Origin: Lachnospiraceae bacterium
GTDB lineage: Bacteria; Bacillota; Clostridia; Lachnospirales; Lachnospiraceae
Length of the DNA stretch: 64,000 nucleotides
Direction of reading: 5' to 3'
Assembly: GCA_017623815.1 (NCBI GenBank)
Contig: JAGAOK010000011.1
Location: 40,279-104,278 of the forward strand
How positions within the stretch are numbered: position 1 is the first letter of the stretch; every line of letters starts with the position of its first letter. A program made the translations under genes and the position numbers. Positions 1 through 8,156 of the stretch are shown piece after piece. The notes under the pieces were generated by a model, which did no database searches, was not told where the DNA came from, and was given only the letters and a program-made list of their open reading frames with translations.

Positions 1-1535
1 ATATCCAAAAGTTCTTCTGCGCTCGCATCTTCCCGGGACAAAGTCGTCAGTAAATCTGTCGACATATAGATTCTGCATATCTTTTTTCCGCCCTGAAGTG
101 CCTTTAACTGCTCGCGTGTGCGCACCTGTACGTGTATCTGCTCAAGACCTCTCTGATCTATTTTCAATCGCTCTGATTCCGGCTCTGTCACAACCGTTTT
201 CTCTAACGCATCAGCTCCGGATACAGATCTGCGATGATCCCTAAGCAGTTCATCTGTCAGTTGTGTCAGCGCATCTCGTCTTAGCTCATTAAGTACTTTT
301 TTCGAAAGAAACAAATCCCCCTCCAATTCAACCGTCAGCTGACTGAATAAAAATGGTGTATTTCCTGTTTTGGATAATTGTTTCTTCACTTCTTCTGCTG
401 TGGCCGGACATTTTTGTGCTTTGGATGCCTCTTGCCCATATACAACCACCGCTGTTTCCGGTGCATCTTCTTTGTATACGGTAAAGCAGATTGGAACTCC
501 TGCCTGCGCACTGAAATACCCGGTCAGATTCAGCTTCAGTTCATCCGGTTCCTTCGCCGCTTCCGGTGCATCTGAAGTTTCTTTTGCCGATTCAAACGAC
601 TGATATCCCGGCTTATCCAGCGTCACAAGTTCCCTGCCATTCTGCATAAAATAGTATCCCGGCTGAATGCTTCCACGACTGAATCTGCTGCGAAGCAGAC
701 TCATATCTTCTTTATTCACGCGGTATCGCTCCGGCGCCGATCTGTACAAATCAATATATTTTCGATACATTCCTGTCACGAACTCCACGTACTCCGGTGT
801 TTTCATGCGGCCTTCAATTTTAAAACTGTCAATACCTGCCTCGATCAGTTTCGGTAAAACTTCAAGTGTACACAAATCTTTCAGACTAAGCTGATACATC
901 TCATTCTCACGATTTAAGCGTTTCCCATCATACTTTACTGCATACGGAAGCCTGCACGGACCTGCACATCTGCCTCTGTTTCCGCTCCTCTCTCCCAGCA
1001 TGCTCGAAAACAGACACTGTCCGGAATAGCCGTAACACATGGCGCCATGAACAAAAGTTTCTATTTCAAGACCTGTCTTTTCTTTTATTTCCACAATCTC
1101 CGAAAGAGACAATTCTCTCGCCGGTACGACGCGCGACACCCCATATTTTTTCAGCATTTTCGCTCCGTGAGCACCGGTTATGGTCATTTGTGTGCTGGCG
1201 TGAAGCTCCAGTCCCGGAAATGTTTCTGCGACACAGCTCAAAGCGCCAAAATCCTGCAGGATAACTCCGTCCAGCCCTTCCTCATAAAACGGGCGCAAAA
1301 AAGAAGTCAGTCCGTCGATTTCCGATTCTTTCATCAGTGTATTGACTGTCAGGTAAACCTTTTTTCCATGGAGATGTGCAAGCTGCATGCATTCAATCAG
1401 ATCTTCTGTTTCAAAATTTCCCGCATATGCTCTTGCACCATATCTTTTTCCGCCGACATAAATGGCATCCGCGCCCGCCATAAGCGCAACCTTAAAGCAT
1501 TCTTTATCTCCTGCCGGTGCCAGTAATTCTACCAT
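1..1535 (-). CDS. U32 family peptidase (PrtC/YhbU-like), N-terminal part only; the C-terminus lies beyond the left window edge
   Basis: Absent from the ORF track because it runs off the edge. The reverse frame is open from the ATG (1533-1535) to base 1. My translation begins MVELLAPAGDKECFKVALMAGADAIYVGGKRYGARAYAGNF and contains ETFVHGAMCYGYSGQCLFSS, a U32-type Cys signature. A GGGGAAG SD lies just upstream. Confidence 0.85.
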   Translation of the reverse strand, partial: MVELLAPAGDKECFKVALMAGADAIYVGGKRYGARAYAGNFETEDLIECMQLAHLHGKKVYLTVNTLMKESEIDGLTSFLRPFYEEGLDGVILQDFGALSCVAETFPGLELHASTQMTITGAHGAKMLKKYGVSRVVPARELSLSEIVEIKEKTGLEIETFVHGAMCYGYSGQCLFSSMLGERSGNRGRCAGPCRLPYAVKYDGKRLNRENEMYQLSLKDLCTLEVLPKLIEAGIDSFKIEGRMKTPEYVEFVTGMYRKYIDLYRSAPERYRVNKEDMSLLRSRFSRGSIQPGYYFMQNGRELVTLDKPGYQSFESAKETSDAPEAAKEPDELKLNLTGYFSAQAGVPICFTVYKEDAPETAVVVYGQEASKAQKCPATAEEVKKQLSKTGNTPFLFSQLTVELEGDLFLSKKVLNELRRDALTQLTDELLRDHRRSVSGADALEKTVVTEPESERLKIDQRGLEQIHVQVRTREQLKALQGGKKICRIYMSTDLLTTLSREDASAEELLD

Positions 1536-1570
1536 CCTGCTTCCCCTTTCTTCCGTTCTTGTATTCATAG

Positions 1571-1591
1571 AAAAAGCTGCCGCAAGGCAGC
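1571..1591 (-). terminator. Rho-independent terminator after zapA
   Basis: Hairpin GCTGCC-GCAA-GGCAGC (1576-1591) sits next to AAAAA (1571-1575), which reads as a U-run on the minus-strand RNA. It lies 7 nt past the zapA stop. Confidence 0.55.
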
Positions 1592-1597
1592 TTTCTT

Positions 1598-1960
1598 TTA
1601 ATTGTTATCTCTCTTTACCGTCTGCATCGCCTTCAGTGCTTTTTCTGCACTTTCCAGCTTGATCTGTGTTGCAATCAGTTCATGTTTAATATCATAAAGC
1701 TCTTTTTCTTTGGCAGCAATTTCTTCTTCCAAAGATTTGTATTTTTTCTTAGCTTTAAAATAATCATCCGCAATGTTAAGCTCCAGTAACACTGCCTGTG
1801 TGTCCATGGACTGTCTGCGAAAACCTTCAATCTTATTGTATTCACTGATCTTATTATTAATATAAAGGGCAACCTTCTGCAGATATTCCTCGCTCTCATA
1901 TCCGCTGAGTGTATAAACTTTGCCTCCGATTAAAACTTCTGTATCTGTTTTCGCTGTCAT
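1598..1960 (-). CDS. zapA: Cell division protein ZapA
   Basis: 120 aa. The N-terminus (VLIGGKVYTLSGYESEEYLQKVALYINNKI) followed by a C-terminal coiled coil is typical of ZapA. Confidence 0.8.
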   Translation of the reverse strand: MTAKTDTEVLIGGKVYTLSGYESEEYLQKVALYINNKISEYNKIEGFRRQSMDTQAVLLELNIADDYFKAKKKYKSLEEEIAAKEKELYDIKHELIATQIKLESAEKALKAMQTVKRDNN

Positions 1961-1996
1961 TGGTACACACCTTTCAAAAAACTTTCTCTAACAGAT

Positions 1997-2024
1997 ATTA
2001 TAACAAATTCTATAGAGAAAACAA
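1997..2024 (-). promoter_or_regulatory. Candidate sigma-A promoter for zapA
   Basis: The reverse strand reads TTGTTT (2019-2024), a 16-nt spacer, then the extended -10 TGTTATAAT (1997-2005). Confidence 0.4.
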
Positions 2025-2042
2025 TGTTTTTTTATCGCCGTT

Positions 2043-3044
2043 TTATTCTTCCGGTACCCGTCGCCCGAAATGACGATACGCTGCAGGTGTCACCACTCTT
2101 CCGCGCGGCGTACGGTTAATCAGACCATTCAATATCAGATACGGTTCATATACATCCTCAACGGTTCCTGCATCCTCTCCGGTAGCTGCCGCAAGCGTAT
2201 CAAGCCCGACCGGTCCTCCGTCAAATTTGTCAATCATGGTCAAAATGATATTTTGATCCACATGGTCAAGTCCCAGTTTATCTACTCCCAAAAGATCCAG
2301 TGCTGTATCCGCAACCTCTTTGGTAATTACACCATCATACTTTACCTGCGCAAAATCACGCACACGCTTTAAAATACGGTTGGCAAGACGAGGTGTCCCG
2401 CGACTTCTTCGAGCCAGTTCATACGCACCTTTTTCCTCGATTTCTACTTTTAGTACATCTGCAGAATGCAGAATAATCTGCTTGAGTTCTTCAATGGTAT
2501 AAAATTCTAATTTGTGAATTACGCCAAAACGGTCACGGAGCGGTGCTGTCAAAAGTCCCGCTCTTGTCGTTGCACCCACCAGAGTAAACTTAGGCAGATC
2601 CAAACGGATGGAACGCGCACTTGTACCCTTTCCGATCATAATGTCTATCGCATAATCTTCCATGGCAGGGTAAAGCACCTCTTCCACCTGGCGGTTTAAA
2701 CGATGAATTTCATCGACAAAAAGAACATCTCCCTCCTGAAGATTGTTCAAAATTGCCGCCATCTCTCCCGGCTTCTCAATCGCCGGTCCGCTGGTCACCT
2801 TGATATTTACGCCCATCTCATTGGCAATAATTCCTGCAAGTGTCGTTTTACCAAGTCCCGGTGGGCCGTAAAGCAGCACATGATCGAGCGCATCTTCTCT
2901 GCGCTTTGCCGCTTCTATATATATTTTTAATGTTTCTTTTGCTTTCTGCTGTCCGATATAACTATCCAAAAGCTGCGGACGAAGTGTATCTTCCACCTTG
3001 ACATCTTCTGGCGTCAGATTGGTTTCAATCATTCTGGGAGCCAT
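2043..3044 (-). CDS. ruvB: Holliday junction branch migration helicase RuvB
   Basis: 333 aa with Walker [12 protein letters not shown] and the conserved RuvB sequence throughout. Confidence 0.97.
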   Translation of the reverse strand: MAPRMIETNLTPEDVKVEDTLRPQLLDSYIGQQKAKETLKIYIEAAKRREDALDHVLLYGPPGLGKTTLAGIIANEMGVNIKVTSGPAIEKPGEMAAILNNLQEGDVLFVDEIHRLNRQVEEVLYPAMEDYAIDIMIGKGTSARSIRLDLPKFTLVGATTRAGLLTAPLRDRFGVIHKLEFYTIEELKQIILHSADVLKVEIEEKGAYELARRSRGTPRLANRILKRVRDFAQVKYDGVITKEVADTALDLLGVDKLGLDHVDQNIILTMIDKFDGGPVGLDTLAAATGEDAGTVEDVYEPYLILNGLINRTPRGRVVTPAAYRHFGRRVPEE

Positions 3045-3080
3045 AATCCACCTCAGTTTCTATATATTCTGTGTCATATT

Positions 3081-3698
3081 TTATAATAAATAGCGCAGGG
3101 AAGCCTTTAAAATCTCTTCCACCGACATCTCCTCCGTCGGATTTACCTGTTTTACGGCGCGTGCCGCATCGCTTCCGCTGTAGCCAAGGGCAGTCAGCGC
3201 ATCAATTGCATCCTTCCGTTTACCTGCAAATTCAGACATTGTATGATCCGGCGCCTGCCCGATCTGTGAAAGCAGGGCATCCGCGCTGTTATCTTCCAGA
3301 CTGACTTTATCTTTAAGTTCCAAAACCACACGTTCTGCGGTCTTTTTCCCGATTCCCGGTGCTTTTGCAATGGACTTTACATCACCGGAATATATGGCAA
3401 AGCGAAGGTCATCCGCACTTAGCACGGAAAGGATGGACAGTCCGCCTTTTGGTCCGATTCCGCTGACGGAAATCAGTTTTTTAAACAACTCCAGTTCGTC
3501 CTTATTCCGGAAACCGTATAACGTAAACGAATCTTCTTTTACATTGGTATACGTATATATCTTCATCTCGCTGCCATAGGACGGAAGCTGACATAAAAAG
3601 TCTCCGCTTATATAGATACGGATTCCCATTCCTCCGACATCTAAAATGACGGACGTTTCTTCTATTTCTTCCAAAGTGCCTTTTACATATCCTATCAT
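3081..3698 (-). CDS. ruvA: Holliday junction DNA helicase subunit RuvA
   Basis: 205 aa with the IGYVKG start, HhH motifs (GIGPKGGLSILS, APGIGKKTAERVVLELKDK), and adjacency to ruvB. Confidence 0.95.
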   Translation of the reverse strand: MIGYVKGTLEEIEETSVILDVGGMGIRIYISGDFLCQLPSYGSEMKIYTYTNVKEDSFTLYGFRNKDELELFKKLISVSGIGPKGGLSILSVLSADDLRFAIYSGDVKSIAKAPGIGKKTAERVVLELKDKVSLEDNSADALLSQIGQAPDHTMSEFAGKRKDAIDALTALGYSGSDAARAVKQVNPTEEMSVEEILKASLRYLL

Positions 3699-4186
3699 AC
3701 AATACCTCTTTTATATATCATCTCTGCTAAAATCCCGTTACACAGACCAGTCACTACTCCGGCCGCCAAAAGTACCGGAAGATATGCCATGACGGAAATC
3801 CCCGATACCAGAAATGCCGCCACCAAAATCTGACCGATATTGTGGAACACTCCGCCGAGAATACTAACCGCCTTCATCGGAAACAGCGTACTCTTTTTTG
3901 CAAGTAACATGACCGCAAAACTGACAGCCGCTCCTGCAAGACTGTACAAAATACCGAACATATTCCCAAATAAAAATCCCGACAGCATGATGCGCGCCGC
4001 ATTGACAAGCACTGCTTCCTTTACCCCATAGGTATACAAAACAAGCAAAATCAATGTATTTGGCAGGCCAAGCTTGGCGCCGGGCACCACAAGCGGAACC
4101 GGTATCACGCTCTCAATATAAGAAAACATAAGAGAAAGCGCTATAAGCAGCCCGAGAACTGCTGTTTTTCTAGTTGGTGACTGCAT
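3695..4186 (-). CDS. Gx transporter family membrane protein (Hpre_diP_synt_I-like)
   Basis: 163 aa and polytopic. It pairs with the upstream NusG-II gene in the typical way. The family assignment is from memory of this family. Confidence 0.55.
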   Translation of the reverse strand: MQSPTRKTAVLGLLIALSLMFSYIESVIPVPLVVPGAKLGLPNTLILLVLYTYGVKEAVLVNAARIMLSGFLFGNMFGILYSLAGAAVSFAVMLLAKKSTLFPMKAVSILGGVFHNIGQILVAAFLVSGISVMAYLPVLLAAGVVTGLCNGILAEMIYKRGIV

Positions 4187-4553
4187 CTATCTCACTCTTT
4201 CCTTCTGTTTTTAACCGGATGACAACACGATGCGGAAGGCATACTATCTGTCCTCCTGCTCTCCCTATCGGCTGTGTGTGTACGCAGACCTGATTCTCAC
4301 AATCCGCCTCGCTGACATAAGCCCGTCCGTCCCGGATGGTAAGCACATTATACCCATGCTCAGTTTCCACGCGGATCTCTGCATCTTCTCCCAGAAAGTA
4401 GCTCCCCCGCTCCCTGCCGTCTACCAGAACCACCACCTGATCGGAATCGAGCAAAAATGCCTGCGAAATGATAAACAGCAAAAGCGCGACTGCAAGAACT
4501 GCGCCGGCGAGAATCCATGTTATGTTTTTCTTATATTTATCAGAAAGTTTCAT
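4170..4553 (-). CDS. NusG domain II-containing protein (DUF1312-like), membrane anchored
   Basis: It has an N-terminal TM segment followed by a beta-rich domain with the Cys motif CENQVCVH...GQIVCLPH. The track ORF starts at a GTG (4580), but the ATG at 4553 (MKLSDKY) is more plausible because of the promoter position. Confidence 0.55.
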   Translation of the reverse strand: MKLSDKYKKNITWILAGAVLAVALLLFIISQAFLLDSDQVVVLVDGRERGSYFLGEDAEIRVETEHGYNVLTIRDGRAYVSEADCENQVCVHTQPIGRAGGQIVCLPHRVVIRLKTEGKSEIDAVTN

Positions 4554-4586
4554 TGTTTTACCAAGCCTTTCTTCGAACACATGTTC

Positions 4587-4615
4587 ATTATACGCTATAT
4601 GAAGACAAAATACAA
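4587..4615 (-). promoter_or_regulatory. Candidate sigma-A promoter for the NusG-II/Gx/ruvAB unit
   Basis: The reverse strand reads TTGTAT (4610-4615), a 17-nt spacer, then TATAAT (4587-4592). Confidence 0.45.
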
Positions 4616-4659
4616 TCTTTAATTGTTATTTTTCTCAAATAAACATAAAAAAATGTTGC

Positions 4660-4861
4660 TTTTGAGCACAAATTTACACCTAATGAGCGGTCCGATTCTT
4701 TTTTGGGTCTGTGCCGCTTGATTTTGATTCTATTACCCAAAATGACTCTTAAATTTCGCTAAATTCTACGGATTGGGTCTGTGAAAAACTTTATACAATC
4801 TTTACCCAGAGAATTGTAAAAAATATGGGTCCGGAAAGGCGTTTTTGAGCACCATGACCCA
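4660..4861. repeat. Array R1: three 35-36-nt units with TGGGT...ACCCA termini plus a degenerate partial unit
   Basis: Units lie at 4704-4739, 4774-4808 and 4826-4861. TTGGGTCTGTG occurs twice (4703-4713, 4773-4783). TTTTGAGCAC occurs twice (4660-4669, 4843-4852). The arms TTTTGGGT and ACCCAAAA (4701-4708, 4735-4742) are an 8-bp inverted repeat. Confidence 0.7.
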
Positions 4862-4992
4862 ATCAAGTTTTTTGCTCCTTTCATAGACCTCTGTGATTTA
4901 CTTCCCATAAAAAAGGAGTGTCGGTAACCAAGATGTTTTCCTTTCCAAACGCTCTTGTTTGCAACACTCCTCTAATTTTATATTTTTATTAC

Positions 4993-5120
4993 TTATTTTA
5001 CTTTTACATAAATGGTCTTAGTTGCTTTCTTAAATACTCCTTTTACACGTGCTGCTGAAATCGTAATCTTATAGGTTCCCTTCCGTCTATTATAACGGCA
5101 ATCCCATCAATACCGTTTAT
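4993..5120 (-). pseudogene. Possible 3' relic of a repeat/Ig-like surface-protein gene (no start, one frameshift)
   Basis: One reverse frame reads ..DTINGIDGIAVIIDGR... An adjacent frame reads RRKGTYKITISAARVKGVFKKATKTIYVKVK followed by a stop (4993-4995). The GTYKITxSA...KATKTIxVKV pattern resembles C-termini of Ig-like-repeat proteins. Confidence 0.3.
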
Positions 5121-5121
5121 C

Positions 5122-5136
5122 GTGTCGTTCCTTTCA
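5122..5136. repeat. Left copy of the 15-bp inverted repeat flanking the Rpn-family gene
   Basis: GTGTCGTTCCTTTCA, 17 nt past the stop codon. Its exact reverse complement lies at 6106-6120. Confidence 0.8.
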
Positions 5137-5152
5137 AAGATATGTAACTTGG

Positions 5153-5383
5153 TTACTGTTTATCCTGCCAATAGAGACTGATATACTCTTTCGCTTCGTC
5201 TTCTGTGATTCCGCATTCCTGCATAAGCGCCTCTATTGTCTTTTCTTTTGTCTGGTTTAGTTTTTGATAGGTAAGAATGATTCCCTGCTGTAATCCCTGT
5301 TGTAGTCCCTGTTGAACGCCTGCACGTACTCCATCCGTATAACTATTATCTTTTTCATGGTCGATGATTTCCTGTAAGGTCAT
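5153..5383 (-). CDS. Candidate internally initiated 76-aa C-terminal product of the Rpn-family gene (in frame)
   Basis: GGAGG (reverse complement of 5392-5396) lies 8 nt upstream of an in-frame ATG (5381-5383). The product would be MTLQEIIDHEKDNSYTDGVRAGVQQGLQQGLQQG...WQDKQ. Confidence 0.3.
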   Translation of the reverse strand: MTLQEIIDHEKDNSYTDGVRAGVQQGLQQGLQQGIILTYQKLNQTKEKTIEALMQECGITEDEAKEYISLYWQDKQ

Positions 5384-6085
5384 ATAACGATCCTCCGTTT
5401 CACGGCTTTCCTTGATGCCTCCGACAATTTTCTGTATTTCCTTAAGTTCCTGGTCAACTGCATTGTCCTGCGTGGTCTCTTCAAAATACGTAAGAAGATC
5501 CTTTAGTTCTTTAGAACCGCCGTTTTTTCCTTTTGTATACAGAAAAAATTTAAGTACACCATCATTATATACCAGTTTATTATTTTCTACCACCATGTTT
5601 TTCACCGTATAAAGCATACGGTCATCTCCAAACGGATCGTATGGCAGAATCCAGATCATGATAAGTTCCGGGAGTTGTTTAAACTTTGAACCGGTCGGCA
5701 GTTCTTTGGCATCTGCTTTTGCCTGATAAAAACGATTGCGTTTCGGCAAGTCATCTTCATAAATGTTGGGCTCGATGTCATAAAGACGCACCACATTTGC
5801 ACCATCTTTATCAGGCTCATTTTCCCGCACCCAAAGATCCATGCGTATTCCTCTTGTCCAAAGGTCCATCCCTTGAAACTGCTTCTGGTTCTCCACCGTT
5901 ATTTCCTGCAGTTCATGCCCCATAACGCGTTTTACAATCGTTCGCGCAATCTTGGCTGCATCCTCCGGTTTTTCTGTAGACACATCAAATAAAAATGCGT
6001 CCATCATGTTCAGCTCTTCTAATTTTTTCTTTCGATGAGTTTGTTCCTGATATGGAACATTGCTTTGATTTGAATTGTATATCAT
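5153..6085 (-). CDS. Rpn-family recombination-promoting nuclease / PD-(D/E)XK 'putative transposase' family protein
   Basis: The core has nuclease-like D...D-I-E-x-N (IRMDLWV...LYDIEPN) and RNRFYQAK. The C-terminus carries GVQQGLQQGLQQG helix repeats typical of this family. The ATG at 6085 (MIYNS) has the SD GGAAAGGA. The track's 6184 start overlaps the promoter and terminator. Confidence 0.6.
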   Translation of the reverse strand: MIYNSNQSNVPYQEQTHRKKKLEELNMMDAFLFDVSTEKPEDAAKIARTIVKRVMGHELQEITVENQKQFQGMDLWTRGIRMDLWVRENEPDKDGANVVRLYDIEPNIYEDDLPKRNRFYQAKADAKELPTGSKFKQLPELIMIWILPYDPFGDDRMLYTVKNMVVENNKLVYNDGVLKFFLYTKGKNGGSKELKDLLTYFEETTQDNAVDQELKEIQKIVGGIKESRETEDRYMTLQEIIDHEKDNSYTDGVRAGVQQGLQQGLQQGIILTYQKLNQTKEKTIEALMQECGITEDEAKEYISLYWQDKQ

Positions 6086-6105
6086 AAGATTTGTCCTTTC
6101 CCGTG

Positions 6106-6120
6106 TGAAAGGAACGACAC
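6106..6120. repeat. Right copy of the 15-bp inverted repeat flanking the Rpn-family gene
   Basis: TGAAAGGAACGACAC, 21 nt upstream of the start codon and immediately downstream of the predicted -10 box. Confidence 0.8.
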
Positions 6121-6127
6121 TGGAATC

Positions 6128-6156
6128 ATCATATCTATTTCCGCATCCTTTGTCAA
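6128..6156 (-). promoter_or_regulatory. Near-consensus sigma-A promoter for the Rpn-family gene
   Basis: The reverse strand reads TTGACA (6151-6156), a 17-nt spacer, then TATGAT (6128-6133). Confidence 0.55.
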
Positions 6157-6180
6157 TAAAAAAGGAAGCACTGCTCCTTT
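6157..6180 (-). terminator. Rho-independent terminator after leuD
   Basis: The minus-strand RNA reads AAGGAGC-AGU-GCUUCCUU (7 bp with one bulge) followed by UUUUAUU. It lies about 22 nt past the leuD stop. Confidence 0.5.
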
Positions 6181-6201
6181 GCAATACTTCCCTTTCAATT
6201 C

Positions 6202-6690
6202 TTATTTATTATTAATATAATTCACAAGTCCCTGTGCAGCAATGATTTTCTGCATAAACGGCGGGAACGCCTGTCCCTTGAACTCTGTTCCTTTTGTCTT
6301 GTTGTAAATCATACCTGTGTCAAAGTTTACTTCAACCACATCACCGGCATCAATATTTGCTACTGCCTGCGGACACTCGATAATCGGAAGTCCGATGTTG
6401 ATGGCATTGCGGTAAAAAATACGGGCAAATGTCTCTGCGATGACACAGCTGACACCTGCAGCCTTGATGGCAATCGGTGCATGCTCACGTGAGGATCCGC
6501 AACCGAAGTTCTTTTCCCCGACGATGATATCGCCTTTCTTTACATTTTTTATAAATTCTGTATCAATATCTTCCATGCAATGCATTGCAAGCTCCGCCGG
6601 ATCGGAAGAGTTTAAGTATCTTGCCGGAATAATGACATCTGTATCTACGTTATCACCGTATTTAAAAACGGTACCTACTGCATTTTCCAT
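6202..6690 (-). CDS. leuD: 3-isopropylmalate dehydratase small subunit
   Basis: 162 aa short-form LeuD ([25 protein letters not shown]), adjacent to leuC. Confidence 0.92.
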   Translation of the reverse strand: MENAVGTVFKYGDNVDTDVIIPARYLNSSDPAELAMHCMEDIDTEFIKNVKKGDIIVGEKNFGCGSSREHAPIAIKAAGVSCVIAETFARIFYRNAINIGLPIIECPQAVANIDAGDVVEVNFDTGMIYNKTKGTEFKGQAFPPFMQKIIAAQGLVNYINNK

Positions 6691-6711
6691 ATCTGTTTTC
6701 CCTTTCTGCGT

Positions 6712-7977
6712 TTATTCTAAATCAAGCGGACCTGCGATTGTTCCTGTAATCGCACTTGCTGCAGCAACTGCAGGAGACGCAAGATAAATTTCACTTGTCA
6801 CATGTCCCATACGTCCGACAAAGTTACGGTTTGTTGTGGACACACATCTCTCATTTTCAGCAAGGATACCCATGTATCCGCCCAGACAAGGTCCGCAAGT
6901 CGGTGTACTTACAATACCACCGGCTTCGATGAAGATTTTAAGAAGTCCCTCTTCCATTGCCTGAAGGTAAATTGCCTGTGTTGCAGGAATTACGATAAGG
7001 CGCATTCCTTTTGCCACTTTGCGTCCTTTTAATACTTCTGCCGCCTGACGAAGGTCATCAAGACGTCCGTTTGTACAAGAACCAATCACAACCTGATCAA
7101 TCTTGATGTTTTTATCAATCTCGTCAATGGTATGTGTGTTTTCCGGAAGATGCGGGAACGCAACCGTTGATTTTAACGTGCTTAAATCAATTGTGTATTC
7201 TTCATCATAAACAGCATCTTCATCTGCTTCATATACCTTGAACTCTCTGGTAGAATGCTCTTTCATATAAGCAATTGCTTTGTCATCCACAGGGAAAATA
7301 CCATTTTTTCCGCCTGCTTCAATCGCCATATTTGCAATAGTGAAACGGTCATCCATAGAAAGATTTGCAACACCGTCACCGACAAATTCCATTGATTTGT
7401 AAAGCGCACCATCAACACCGATCATACCGATAATGTGAAGGATGATATCTTTTCCGCTCACATATTTCGGAAGTTTTCCTGTCAGGTTAAATTTAATCGC
7501 GCCCGGAACTTTAAACCATGCTTTTCCTGTCGCCATACCTGCAGCCATATCTGTACTTCCCACACCGGTAGAGAACGCACCGAGTGCTCCGTATGTACAT
7601 GTATGAGAGTCAGCACCGATGATTACATCACCTGCTACGGTCAGACCTTTTTCCGGAAGGAGCGCATGCTCAATTCCCATCTGGCCAACCTCAAAATAGT
7701 TTGTAATTTCATTGCGATATGCAAATTCGCGCACGCATTTGCAATGCTCTGCAGATTTAATATCTTTATTCGGAACAAAATGATCCGGTACAAGCGCAAT
7801 CTTATCTTTGTTAAAAACGCCGTCCACTTTCATTTTACTCATTTCTTTAATTGCCACCGGACTTGTAATGTCATTTCCGAGAACCAGATCAAGATCGGCC
7901 TCGATGAGCTGACCGGCTTCTACATATTCAAGACCTGCATGTGCAGCAAGAATCTTCTGTGTCATTGTCATTCCCAT
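6712..7977 (-). CDS. leuC: 3-isopropylmalate dehydratase large subunit
   Basis: 421 aa with aconitase-family motifs ([28 protein letters not shown]). AGGAGG lies 9 nt upstream. Confidence 0.95.
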   Translation of the reverse strand: MGMTMTQKILAAHAGLEYVEAGQLIEADLDLVLGNDITSPVAIKEMSKMKVDGVFNKDKIALVPDHFVPNKDIKSAEHCKCVREFAYRNEITNYFEVGQMGIEHALLPEKGLTVAGDVIIGADSHTCTYGALGAFSTGVGSTDMAAGMATGKAWFKVPGAIKFNLTGKLPKYVSGKDIILHIIGMIGVDGALYKSMEFVGDGVANLSMDDRFTIANMAIEAGGKNGIFPVDDKAIAYMKEHSTREFKVYEADEDAVYDEEYTIDLSTLKSTVAFPHLPENTHTIDEIDKNIKIDQVVIGSCTNGRLDDLRQAAEVLKGRKVAKGMRLIVIPATQAIYLQAMEEGLLKIFIEAGGIVSTPTCGPCLGGYMGILAENERCVSTTNRNFVGRMGHVTSEIYLASPAVAAASAITGTIAGPLDLE

Positions 7978-8009
7978 TGACGTAAACCTCCTATTACTTC
8001 TATGCTACG

Positions 8010-8032
8010 AGTATAGCAAATTTTAATCTATA
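8010..8032 (-). promoter_or_regulatory. Candidate leuC extended -10 promoter overlapping a TATAG-N11-CTATA dyad
   Basis: The reverse strand reads TGCTATACT (8010-8018). A perfect 5-bp dyad TATAG/CTATA lies at 8012-8016 and 8028-8032, in the 176-bp leuC-lysR divergent region. Confidence 0.35.
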
Positions 8033-8156
8033 AATAAAATACATATTGTTTATATTTACTATGAATTTTAATTATGATATCCTATAACTATTATAACATT
8101 TGATTCGATAATTTGCCCTGTGTGTCAACGATTGCACAGAGAAAGGACTCTTAATT

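Noticed and set aside
4660-4861. A CRISPR array or integron attC interpretation of the R1/R2 repeats.
   Set aside because: The conserved parts are only 5-12-nt arms, not 28-37-nt identical repeats. The spacers are short and irregular (16-34 nt). No cas or integrase gene is present, and the arms lack the attC R-box core (GTTRRRY/RYYYAAC).
4933-5058. Plus-strand 41-aa ORF (MFSFPNALVCNTPLILYFYYLFYFYINGLSCFLKYSFYTCC) downstream of AAGGAG, a possible type I toxin-like peptide.
   Set aside because: The SD-to-ATG spacing is about 14 nt. The F/Y/L-rich composition is what AT-rich non-coding DNA gives. The ORF is antisense to the better-supported gene relic, and no promoter or terminator is evident.
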